The position numbers were made by a program, and so were the translations under genes. A DNA stretch of 64,000 bases. Source: Azolla caroliniana. Lineage: Eukaryota; Plantae; Polypodiophyta. Shown piece by piece: positions 14,401-25,633 of this stretch; positions within the stretch are counted from its first letter, which is position 1; every line of letters begins with the position of its first letter. The notes beneath the pieces are model-generated. The model did no database searches and was not told the origin of the DNA. It was given only the letters and a program-made list of their open reading frames with translations. Location: the NCBI GenBank assembly GCA_043228905.1, contig JBHGNT010000010.1, forward strand, positions 17,484,001-17,548,000, written 5' to 3'.

Positions 14401-16260
14401 ACCTTCTTTTGTCATTGACATACCTAATTCAACAAGTGGCTGGGAAGTCAAAGGCAATGGTCAAATCTCGAATGTTGCAATTCAAGGTTCACAAACAGTG
14501 GAGGCGCAACCTGCAAGGAAGAAGCGAAAACTTTGGACTTCTGAGGAGGATCAAGAACTAATTGCAGCAGTAGAGAAATGCGGGGAAGGAAATTGGGCGA
14601 CTATGTTGAAGGGCGCTTTCAAACACGAGCGCACTGCTGCACAACTATCGCAGGTATAATAATGACTACCACATTATATACTTTGAAATGAATGGAATAA
14701 TCTGTTTTCCCATTAATCCATCTGATGGGCAACTTTTGTTGAAGAGATGGGCTCTGATAAGAAAGCGAAGAGACACTCAAACAGGATTACAGAACATCAC
14801 TGAAAATGGGACGAATGCAGTTGTCGGGAGCCAATTACCAGTAGAAACATCATCAGCAGATGGGCAAAAAGTTCCGACCTCTGTAGGACCAACATCAGGT
14901 GTTTTTATACTCTTTCTCATAGGGTCCTCATGGATGGTTTCTTTCCATTTCTCAATTTTTATTTCAGGATTTCATAACATCCCGAATAAGGATTCCTAAC
15001 ATAAAATTTGATTATGGGTCCTTCTGAATGGGTTTTTCTTCTCCTGATTTCTTATTTCAGGATTTGCTAATGTTACCCCAATAATGAATATTTACAGGTG
15101 GCACAGAACAGACTTGTAATCAAAGCCCTAGCACAGCCAATCCCACTTCTATTGCACCAATGGCTGGAAAGAATAGGCCACCTGTTAAAAGGACAAGTAT
15201 AACAGGATCTTCACAACACAGGAGTAACAGTATGCCACCTGTCACTACGTCAATCACTAATGTAATACAAACGAAGTCTCTCCCAACACCATCATCCTTA
15301 TTGCCAACAGGAAATACAGTGTCAGCACGATATATAACGTCGGGTATGAGAAATGCTCCAGTAAATGGGGTAGGAAGGGCTCCTCCGAAATCATCTGCTG
15401 GGCCTGATCCTATGGTACAAGCTGCGGCTGTTGCTGCAGGAGCAAGAATAGCTCCAGCCTCTGCAGCTGCATCATTACTAAAAGCTGCACAATCTGGGAA
15501 TGTTGTTCATATAGGTATTGGTGGAGTATCTATGGGGAAAACAGTAACTCCGAATCAACAAAATGGTAGTAATGCTTCTTGTAATAGTGCTAAAATTGGA
15601 GCAACTTCTGGATCAAGGACACCAAGTGGAGCTTCAGTACATTATATTCGAACTGGTAGTACGGGGTCGCCCCAATCTCTTGCCATGGTTGGCCAAAGAG
15701 CACCTCAGTTGAAGGGTCAAGCTATAGGTAGGAGTACCAGTTCTCAAATGACAACACAAGGACAGCTAACTCAACGGCCAAGTCCTATAAGCCTATCCCA
15801 ATCTGGACATTCCACATCATCAACATTTATACCACAGAAATCACAACTTTCAAATGTAACATCTACGTCATTGACCAAAGCGAAATTAACTGGATTTCCC
15901 AGCGATGCATGCATGATTGTGATTAATGATAATGCTAATGAAGGTAGTGCCAAGCCAGCAGATTGCATAGAGGGAATCAATCCAGTGTTGAAGACCTCAG
16001 CCCAGGATTCAAATGCAATAGGGGTTAATTTGTCTCCGCTACAGAATTCTAGTGAGAGCTCATCCAAATGCAACACAGCAGATAATCAAGCTTCTGATAG
16101 TAACCCACCATTAGTTAGTGGGAGTAAGGCTGAAACCTCTGTGTTAGGTGTAAAGTCGGTTTCTATTAACAAGCCTGCTAATGCAATAGTAGGAAATGAG
16201 ACTTCATTGGCTACACCAAATGACAGTACAATAGCTAGCTCAGAAAAAGTGTCAGAATGA
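11459..16260 (+). CDS. DRMY1: DRMY1-like single MYB/SANT domain protein, 6 exons
   Basis: Exons 11459-11511, 12450-12642, 12740-12826, 14351-14653, 14745-14898, 15098-16260 splice in frame: MRAKGSLSEADVALLLRRYTASTVLALLQE...EYQSLWRHLAY...EDDSDIEFE, MYB RKKRKLWTSEEDQELIAAVEKCGEGNW...RTAAQLSQRW, and AAAVAAGARIA...AASLLKAAQS motifs of the DRMY1/DP1 family. Confidence 0.88.
13105..13377. repeat. Tandem repeat, 3 x 91 bp, in DRMY1-like intron 3
   Basis: Units start at 13105, 13196 and 13287 (ctggtatgccaa...aagccaatat) and are nearly identical. Confidence 0.95.
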
Positions 16261-17899
16261 GAATCAGACAAGAGGGACTCTACTAGAGGAATAATATATT
16301 TGATGGATAAACCAGTATTATTTCTTTGTTATGTTAATATCTACAGAATTTAGTTTCTACAAGTCTTGAGAAAGGAACAATGGCTTTTGCCTTTCAGAGA
16401 TGACACTGTCATCAATGTTCGACTTAACCTCATCTGAAAACTGGGGCCTCTTCTCTAGCCTTGTAGACTTCAGTGCACGGATGCTTGAACATGACTGTAC
16501 ATGCAAGGGTAAACATTTGAAACAATGCTTGTCAATATGATAAAGTTGAGGTAAGCCAAACATGCCCCACGATAAGTCTCTGGTTAGGTTGTGTCAAGGG
16601 ATGCAATGAGAGGTTTTATATAAACATTTCAGTGTATCATTTATAAAGATTTATAAAAGATGTACTTACTAGTTTTGAAAATGTATGTGAAGAGAACACT
16701 CACGTCTAGATGTATTTGATTTTGTAGGTTTGAAAACATATATTGAAGAATTGTGCAAAGAAAGTTCTTTTATTAACAATTGAGTATATGGATATGCGAT
16801 ATATTTGATATTTGTGTGAAGATATGCAAAGATGCCACTTGTATTGATTGTATTTATTCATTAGATGTATTTGGTAGTGGTGAATAGATGCAAATTGTTA
16901 TGTCAAGTTTACATAAATGTTGAGGAGAGCCGGGGGTCAGCACAATCCATCTATGCCCAATATTTTGGTTCCTTTTGTTGGTTTTAATTTCTAATAGTGT
17001 AATTGAATTATCAATCTCAACCTGTTTTTTGGTGTATCATTTCTTAGACAACCTAATTTTCTGTTAGATTTCATGTAAAAAATAATCAGAACACAACCTT
17101 GTGATGATTTAAGTTTTGTGGAAGTCTTGCACCCCTGCAAGGATACAGGCAAGAGACTGGTATAATTTCTTAGACAACCTATTTTTTTGTTAGATTTTGT
17201 GTAAAAAATAATTAGAACACAATCATAAAGTGCTATTGCTGGTTTTGAATCATTTGATGTAAGTGTCGCAGAAATCTTGCACCCACACAGAGAATACCGT
17301 TCTTATTTGATGTGACTTGAATGCATGCAAAGCTACACGCTTTTGTTCTTATCTTCAAAGCCACACGGACACACATAGAGAAAGAGAGAGATATTAATGT
17401 CTTCTTAGACTAAATTTGGGTCATGAGACAATTGGTTACAATAATGGGATAGGTATCCAATCATTGAAAATAAAAATAAGATAAGCATAGATAAAAAAAG
17501 TTTTAGTATAGAGCAAAAAGATGTTATGGTGTACATATTCTATAAAGGAAATGGCTATTTGCTAGGATTGGTTTCATTTGCATCCAAGTCACTTGAAAAG
17601 GGTCAGGAGGTCAAAGGGTTTTGATGTAGGTGTGGTTCGTGGTCTCAATGTAAAAGGTATCCCAACCATAGCTTCAAGATGGTGTAACTCACATTCCCTT
17701 ATCTTCTTAATTGTCTCTGTACAACGAGTGACTTTAAGGCCCAATACCCAAGACTGTTTGGTTGTTCTTTGGTTTTCTGCTTCAACGAGGGAGAGGTTGA
17801 GTGATGCAGGTTGAGTGATACATGTTGGTAAATATTAGAAGGTTATGATTAACATTTTGTAGCTTATTTTCTCTATGTTGTTTTAACTCTAAGATATAC

Positions 17900-19000
17900 C
17901 TACCTAGTGTCTTTATATTCGAGCTATTCAATAATTTGGAGAGGGTCCTCGTATGTCTTGTTATTTTCTCCTTATTTTAACGTAAGTTGGACACTTCCAC
18001 GTAAAATGATACGCATCCTTTATCTCTATGTGACATAATCTACATATATGTTTCTCTCTGGGGACTCCATTAACACGATGATTAACACTTGAATGCATAC
18101 AAAGCATAGATCGCCCAAATCAAGTCATTTGGTATCCAAGATTTTAAGCCTATCGAACAACTGCTCTCTAGGGATTGTGTCAAAGGCTTTCCAAAAGTCC
18201 ATAGCACAACAATATAATTTCCTCTTGCGAGCCTTGGTATGGTCAATTAAGCATCTAAGTGTAACAATACGGTCAATAGTAGAGAAGCCTATATGGGTGC
18301 TCGAAGTCCTAATGTCTCCATATAATCATTCAACTCTACTTCCATCATTGCACCACATAGTTTAGCAAGCATATGATCATGGGGTTCCCTCCTTTATGTA
18401 TAGGAACCACTGTGTTCATGGTCCACTTCGGTGGAAAACCCTCCGTGAGGGAACAATTGAAGAGTAGAGTGAGAAAATGAGTTAGGCACTCTCGAGCATA
18501 TATGATGTGCTTAGCCTGTAATGTTGTGTGATCTACAGACATTCTATGTTGCAATTTCTTTATGATTTTAGTGACCCTAGAGATTGTGAAAAATGTCCCC
18601 ATGGTAGATCGAGGTGTAGAAGGCATCAGAATGGGTGGCTAGTTTGGGATTTGGTAAACTTCCTTTTTATATGAGTACCAAGTGTTAGGATCCTTGATGG
18701 GAGTTCGTGGCCTAGGTTCCCGTAGTCTCTTTTAGATAGTGGCACACATTACTCATGAGCATATGGTAGAGTTTCCAATATTGAGATGCTTGCACGTTCA
18801 TCTCTTACGAAGTGTCGTCTTTCGTATTTCTTGCAAGCCTATATTGAGGTGATAGTACCATTAAGTCGGGATAATTTAAGTTGTCTATATAAGTCTCTAC
18901 AATCCTCATCATACCATCTATTCTATGGCATAAACCCTACTCTACCTTGCTTGGAGTGTTTCATGTGGGGGAAACTATTAATCGATGTGGAATGAAGGAT
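17900..19000 (-). mobile_element. Decayed LINE reverse transcriptase fragment
   Basis: Minus-strand peptides LFNCSLTEGFPPKWTMNTVVPIHKGG and MDFWKAFDTIPREQLFDRL resemble non-LTR RT motifs; broken by stops and frameshifts; boundaries approximate. Confidence 0.75.
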
Positions 19001-19279
19001 GTGTATGAATTGCGTAGTACAATTCTCTAAAGGCAATGAAGAATCAAGAGAGGAGAGATGAGCTTGAACATGTTGAGAGTAGATGTAAGAGAGCTCATGT
19101 GTGAAATGTCTTGTGGTGTGATGGCATGGTTGACTACAATTGGTGGCATTGGGATATCGTTTTTTAATTCGAAATATAAGAAGCTATGGTTAGCACCAAT
19201 AGGGCATTGAGAGATAGATCAATAGATAGATTGTATTATCATCTTCGGAGGTCAAATAATATGACCTATGAGACACAAA

Positions 19280-19861
19280 ATATAACATTTCACATAATAC
19301 ACATGAAAGTGAGTAGCGACTCTCGATGTTCAAGAACTTTACCAATGAATGATGCAATCAAGAATGCAAATTGTGGTTGTGAGAGGAATTCGTGCAAAGA
19401 TTGGGTTTGATCGAAAATGTGTGGAAAGCATTGTCGAATATGATCAAAGGCAAAGCATTGTATGAAAGTCTTATATTTAGACTCTTGAACTTGTTTAGGG
19501 CAAAGTGTGCATAGTCGACTACTCTCATCACGTGTGCCCCAACGCCCCGTCTCATATCGCAATGCATGTGAGCTAAGTCTCATGGAAGCAATGGCCTGAA
19601 TGACAATGGGATGGGCTCTAACATGTATCAATGAGAATGGTTTCCCCGTTCCGCGAAGAATATTGTTTTGTAGTTAGGCACAACATGTGTAGTATAATGG
19701 GTGAAGCATGTGCCCTCGCATTTGTTCCATATTATGATACAATGGCATTGCAAAAAGGCCTCATTTAAAGAGGAATCTAGTGATGCATCATGAAGCAAGT
19801 GTGTCGCATCCCATCTACCAAACCATTTTTTAATATCTTGCATCCAACCAGAACACACCAT
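19280..19861 (-). mobile_element. Decayed LINE 3' end with Cys-rich C-terminal motif
   Basis: MRLSSHALRYETGRWG...RLCTLCPKQVQE...QC...IR resembles a LINE ORF2 C-terminus; it lies upstream (minus sense) of the RT fragment, so probably a separate copy. Confidence 0.7.
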
Positions 19862-20759
19862 TTTTCTTTTATGTGTTTTTTGGATCTTTTTGCTTGCTTC
19901 CTTTGACCTAACATTCGACTCGAACGCTCAGTTCGAGTCAAGCATTGCTACTGTCAGTCATTGGCAAATAGTAATAATAATATTTTTAAATTTTAAAAAT
20001 AAAATTTAAAAATAAATTTTAAAAATAAAGAAAATAACAATTAGAATAGATTACAAGTAATTAAAAAAATAAAAATAACAACAATAATATTGATAAGCTA
20101 AAAAATTAATTAATTATTATTACAATTAAAATAATAACAATGATAACATTCGTTAATAATAATAATAAAAAATAATAGTAATAAATAAAATAGATAAAAA
20201 CATTTGAGTAGAATATTAAGATTAAAAAAATCAATACCGACCTCTCTCGATGACAAATACCTACACACCTTAAAAATCGACCCACATTTTAAACACTCAC
20301 ATACTTTGAACTAGTTAGGACATCAACAACCTTGTATATTAAACTTCGAAGACTCGAGTCAACCCATCCTCTCCAATTCAAGTCCTCAATGGTCCTGCTC
20401 AAATTTCACAAGCACGTGTGTGACTTTGCGACAACGCAAAACCAACAATCTTGAGCACCCATTGACATCCACATTCTCCAACAAAAACTAAGTATTCTTG
20501 CACACAATGAGGGGAAGAGTTTTGGGCACACATATGTGTCACCTCAAATGGTTAGCCTCAAAAAAACTAAGGGATCATCCTCGATTCCGTCTTTCTTGGT
20601 AAAAAAATAATTAACCCCTATGGTTTCTCATATTTCAAGCACATGTGTGAATTTTTGTAATGCTTTCATCTGTATGGGTCAGTCAATCTTTATAGAGTCC
20701 CTTGTCAAATTCTTTTATAGCTTATGAGCTAGTCAAGAGGCATCTGGGAAACATTATGT

Positions 20760-21410
20760 GCAAGGATGTGCAAGGACATGGCACATTATGTAGAGATTTG
20801 TAAGAGTTGTTAAATGCACGACAAAGTGGATTGGTAGATATAGTGGTTATGACGAGTGTTATGCAAGTTGAAGTTTTTGGTGTTTCCAAGAGAAATACTT
20901 AGAAAGCAAGTGGAAGGTAGACCCATGAGAAACAAAACAGCCTCCATGTGCAAATTCTTACAAGAAGATAGCCTCCATATGCAAATTCTTATGAGAAAGA
21001 TGTCATTTGTCAGTGTATTTGTATTGGAAAAATCATTGTTGACAAGGAAGAACTAGATGTTAATAAAGTATGAGATTATTTTTCATAGGTGGGGGCCAAA
21101 GTTTTGCTCACCACAACATACGATCCTAAAGAGAATGGGAAGGTTCGACATGGATACGGTTCTACTATGAATGCAATCAAGAAATCAAAGTGGCCACAAC
21201 TACTGCCTTATCCTTTATGAGCAAACATGACTAAACATAATATGGTGATAGGTTACATGCTTGTGGAGCTAAATTTCAATAAAACGCCGATACTGCCTAC
21301 TGAGCAATCTATTGTTTCATTGGCTATAAACCGTGGCGTGATGATATGAGTAGAGACAATATCTTAACAACGAAAATCCAAAAGCATCAGAGAGCACTAG
21401 AAGGTATGTA
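20760..21410 (+). mobile_element. Ancient Gypsy integrase remnant related to element C
   Basis: Broken peptides CKSC*MH, FLVFPREILRKQVEGRPMRNKTA, LTTTYDPKENGKV, WPQLLPYPL*A and GYMLVEL align by eye with element C integrase (CESCQMH, YLVLAREDLTNQVEGRALPNKTT, LTTAYNPEANGKV, WPRLLPYALWA, GYMPTEL). Confidence 0.8.
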
Positions 21411-22519
21411 GGTTGTTCTTATTTGTAAGAAACTCAACTTAACTTAAGTACAAGGAGAGCTCCAATACCAAGACCAAGTTCATCCCTTTGTTTTTTTGAA
21501 ATTTCCATGGAAGATGATTGCGATCTATGAGATGAGGCCTAGCCCATGGTGAGGATTGAACTTGGGTTCTCTCAAATTTATGACTTTGATGGGAGAGAAA
21601 TTGGGTGTTCATAACAATATCTTGGATAATCGACATATCAATAAAATTGTTGGTTTTATTTGTATATTGTGCAAAAGTTGAATGATAACAATTGTGCGTA
21701 AATTGGATGGGTGTGTAAGCTTAAGATGACTATTTTGAGAAAAAGAGTGACAATCTTCAAAAAACAAGACGAACAACAACCAACAATACATTCGGCTTTA
21801 CATAGCGTAATTGTTTAGAGCATTTGAGATGGAATTCTTCAGTGAACATGAGTGCATTCATTGTTTTAAGTCTCAACAATAGTGAAACATATGGCAAGAG
21901 CCATGACCTCATGAAGGCCACAACCACTCTTCGTTCCCTCTTTACATTGTCACAATTCAAGCATCCCTACATGTGTGGAAAACTAACCTTATAACCATAT
22001 GGCCAACATTTAATCACAAGCAAAGCAATGAGGTATGAGTGAATCCTTGTGGCATGAAAACTAAGACTAGGTGTGACACCTACTAATGAAGCCAATGGAC
22101 ACTAACAACAAGGTACATCTAAAAATAAAGCCTACCTACAAAGCTATTTGCACCTAACAAGTGTGTTATAGGCATCTAAAAATAAAGCCAACCTACAAAG
22201 CTAATTGAGCCTAACAAAATGCTATAGGGCATAACCTTTTAGACCAATTCTATAGGTATTTTTTAATGGGTTAAGGGTAGGATAGTTAGGAAACTGGTTA
22301 TCCTAGGAACTGGGACAAACCCATATGGACTATGACATTTGAGGACATATGGTGGTCCTGGAGCCAAATGTGTTGAGCTACATGAAGGGAACTAGCTACC
22401 CCCTTCACGGTGACATTTGGAGATAATGTCGAAACTCACTTTGTGAGTCTAAGCTCTCTTCTTCGGATCCATTATTCAACAACCAAAGTATATCATAAGG
22501 TAATATTCCATGGTATTAG

Positions 22520-22889
22520 TGTTGAGCGGCAAGCTCAACCGGAGCCGGATCGGCTGAATAAGCCTGAGCCGGTAAGCGAGATGAATCGGTATGCTGGTGA
22601 GCAACCGAGCCAGTAAGCAATAAGGACCGGTGAGCTGGGGAGCCGGTATGCCGGATCCAATCCGTAACCGGAAGCCTAGTATAGGTTAGACTACTAGCTA
22701 GTTATAGTCTCGTAGTTAGTGTCAGATGCTCGTGTGAGCATTGAAGTACACCATACTTCTAACAGTCCCGTGTGGACTTGTATAAATAGCGCTGATGAGC
22801 GCGTTGTAGATACAGAGCACAAAGTATTCATATAATTTTGGAAAATAGTGTGTCTTGCTCTCTCTCTCTCTCTCTTTGTGTCTCTCTCG

Positions 22890-22934
<45 letters not shown>

Positions 22935-22969
22935 GTTCTTTCTAACGCTTCCGCAAGCAATCTTTTACA
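22520..22969 (+). repeat. 5' LTR of element A (450 bp, contains (CT)n)
   Basis: Starts TGTTGAG, ends TTTACA directly before the tRNA-iMet PBS; tataaata at ~22781. Confidence 0.85.
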
Positions 22970-23064
22970 TGGTATCAGAGCGCGTGGGTTGAGAACCTCT
23001 GCTGCAGACATCTACGCTTGTGAAGGAAACCCTAACAGATCGGAAAGCAAACAGAAAAGGAGAA

Positions 23065-23982
23065 ATGGACAGAGGTATGGCTACGTCGCTCCCGGTGGAG
23101 AAGCTTGACAGAACCAACTACGCATCTTGGTCATACAAGATGCACCAGTACCTGCTTGGGCATGGCTACTGGAGTTATGTCGACGGAGTGAACGACTCAA
23201 CACCTGAGACAACACACAAGGACTTCCCAGTGTGGGTACAGGCGGCAAGCAGGGTGATGTACTGCTTCGCGTCCAGTGTCGGTGACCAGCTACTTAGCCA
23301 TATCTGTGACGCCAAGACACCGAAGGATGCTTGGGGAAACTTGAAAAAGGTTTTCGCAGCAAGCACCACTGCCCGGAAGCTACAACTCAGACAGGAGTTG
23401 AGCAATGTTCGACAGAAGAACATGTCGGTGGTAGATTACATAGCCCGGATCAAAGGGATCTGTGACTCGCTTGCCTCTATTAACGTCACCGTAGAGGAAG
23501 ACGAGATGGCGCAGGTCCGTCTTGGAGGCCTGACGTCCAAGTTCGGAGCTTTCCGGACTGCGGTTTGTACAAGGGAGAATACGCCCTCATTTTTCGACTT
23601 ACAGTCGATGCTCCTTGTAGAGGAGAACCACGCCGGTGCATCTACCAATGCATCCCCAGACAACTGGATGCTGTACACGGGAGCGGATCGGTCCCACGGG
23701 CGTGGTGGACGAGGCAGGTCGGCACACAATGGAGGCGGCTGACAAGAGCAGGAACGAAGGCACAATGAGCGTGCCGACAGTAGTTCCGAGACTTCCACAA
23801 GCAAAGGGAGTCAAGGTGGTGCCGGAGGCCGACAAGACAAATCCGCTACGGAATGCTGGTACTGTGGCAAAAAGGGCCACTGGGAAAGCGAGTGCTGGAG
23901 AAAGTGTGCCGATTCGGACAAATCCGGATCCAGCAAGACCGGTAAGGAAGGCTAGCAAAGCTCGCACTACACAAATGGATCG
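23065..23982 (+). pseudogene. Element A gag (nonsense mutations)
   Basis: KLDRTNYASWSYKMHQYLLG, zinc knuckle CWYCGKKGHWESEC; stops at 23740 and 23953. Confidence 0.88.
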
Positions 23983-24044
23983 TGTAAAGAATCAAGAGAT
24001 GGATTCTTGTGAAGCGGAAGAGATGTGAGTTATGTGTGTGTGTG

Positions 24045-24082
<38 letters not shown>

Positions 24083-24375
24083 ACACAGAGAATACACAAG
24101 GTAAAAGTATATTGACAAAGGAGAAAGACTCAACATTATACAAGGTGGGAGGAGGGTGCTTTATGTAGTCACCCTCTCTCTTCATTAACTACAAGCCTCA
24201 TGGAGCATGGGGAATGTGAAAGCTCATAAGTTATGTTTCATAGAATATGATTCTATGACTCATACTAAATGCTAGAATACAAAGTGGTGACATAATGGTG
24301 ACTCTTGACCGTTGGAGTGTCTCTTCACTCTCAAGGTGAGTTCACACTAGACCAAGTTGAGCTTGATTCTCAACA
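23983..24375 (-). repeat. 3' LTR of element B
   Basis: Direct repeat of 36250-36656 with a few substitutions and microsatellite length differences. Confidence 0.93.
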
Positions 24376-24778
24376 CGCCCCCTCAAGCTCAAGTCGGGTC
24401 GGTTTCATACGGTATCCGAAATCCGCTTCAACTCGCGTTCCGGAGTCCGCGTCGACTCGCGTCCGCTCGCTTTATGCGGAGTTGCGGAATCCGTGCTCCA
24501 GCTTGCGTTGTGCGAAGTCTGTGCTTTGGCTTGCGTCTTTCTTCGCGGCTTTGCGCGGTAGATCGGCTCTTCGCTGCTTCGTTGCGTGGTTGCGGAATCC
24601 ACGTGTTATTGCGTAGTGTCTTCAGTACTCCCCCTCAAGCTTGGCAGGTCAGGGATCGTCAATCTGAGATCGGTCATGAATTGCCATAGCTTGTCGGCTC
24701 CTAAGGCTTTAGTGAAGATGTCGGCCGTTTGAAGATTAGTGCTAATGTGTTGTAGGTCGACATCACCAGCCAGAACGC

Positions 24779-25562
24779 TGTCTAGATATTACGCAAGTGC
24801 GTGTGGAAACGAGGCGGGACCGCGGGGGTCTCGAACCAAAGAGCAAGCGAGGGAAGAGAAAGAGGGAGAACCGGCTACGCAGGACCGGGGATACACAGGG
24901 ACACGGCCCTTCAGCACGGAGAACGCGAACAGACACCGACACAGACAGATGCGAATGACTAAATATGTATATCAAGAAAAATGGCTAGCACGACTACAAC
25001 CCCCGATGGGGCACAGGTTGGTTACAACCGAACAGGCCGGCGAACAGATGCCGATGCCTGTTCGCTTCGACGCACAAAGGGGGTAGCAGGTCGGAGGTGC
25101 TGCCGGAAGCGCTCGGGCGTTCCTCGAAACAGCGCGAGCCTCCTCGGAACCCTGCACAGAAAGCTATGGAGCTCAAGAAGGAAGGAAACAGAGAGAGAAG
25201 CGTCCAGAAACGGTCCGACAGCACTTCGTCCTCTCTGCCCGAGATGCCCGCAACAGCTCTTTCCTGCTCTTATATAGGCCGACGAGCAGGCCGTCGTGTC
25301 AGCTTTATTCCCTGTCCCTTTCGAACAGGGATCCGCTCCGTTCTTCACGCATCCGCGTAGTTACGCCGCCGACTCGTACAGTTCGCGCGCGCGACCGAAA
25401 AGACTGTTCGCGCGGTCTTTGTCTCCACTCGTGTTAGGGCCCGTTCCTGCCAATTATCCTCCTAATTCGCTTCTATGTACAACTTGGAGCGTGCGCGCGT
25501 GAAGAACCGGTTCCCACGCCTTGGTGCGCCGATTCCGCTTATGGACGGTTTTCTTCACGACA
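24779..25562 (-). repeat. 3' LTR of element C
   Basis: TG..CA direct repeat, adjacent to the PPT. Confidence 0.96.
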
Positions 25563-25633
25563 TCCGCCCCCCCCTAACCGCGCATCCTCCGGTATGCGCC
25601 AAGAGAGTTGGGACGGAGAAAACCGGCCCGTCT

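Noticed and set aside
19900-20360. AT-rich stretch flanked by TCGAG-rich motifs, possible MITE
   Set aside because: No convincing terminal inverted repeats or TSD found.
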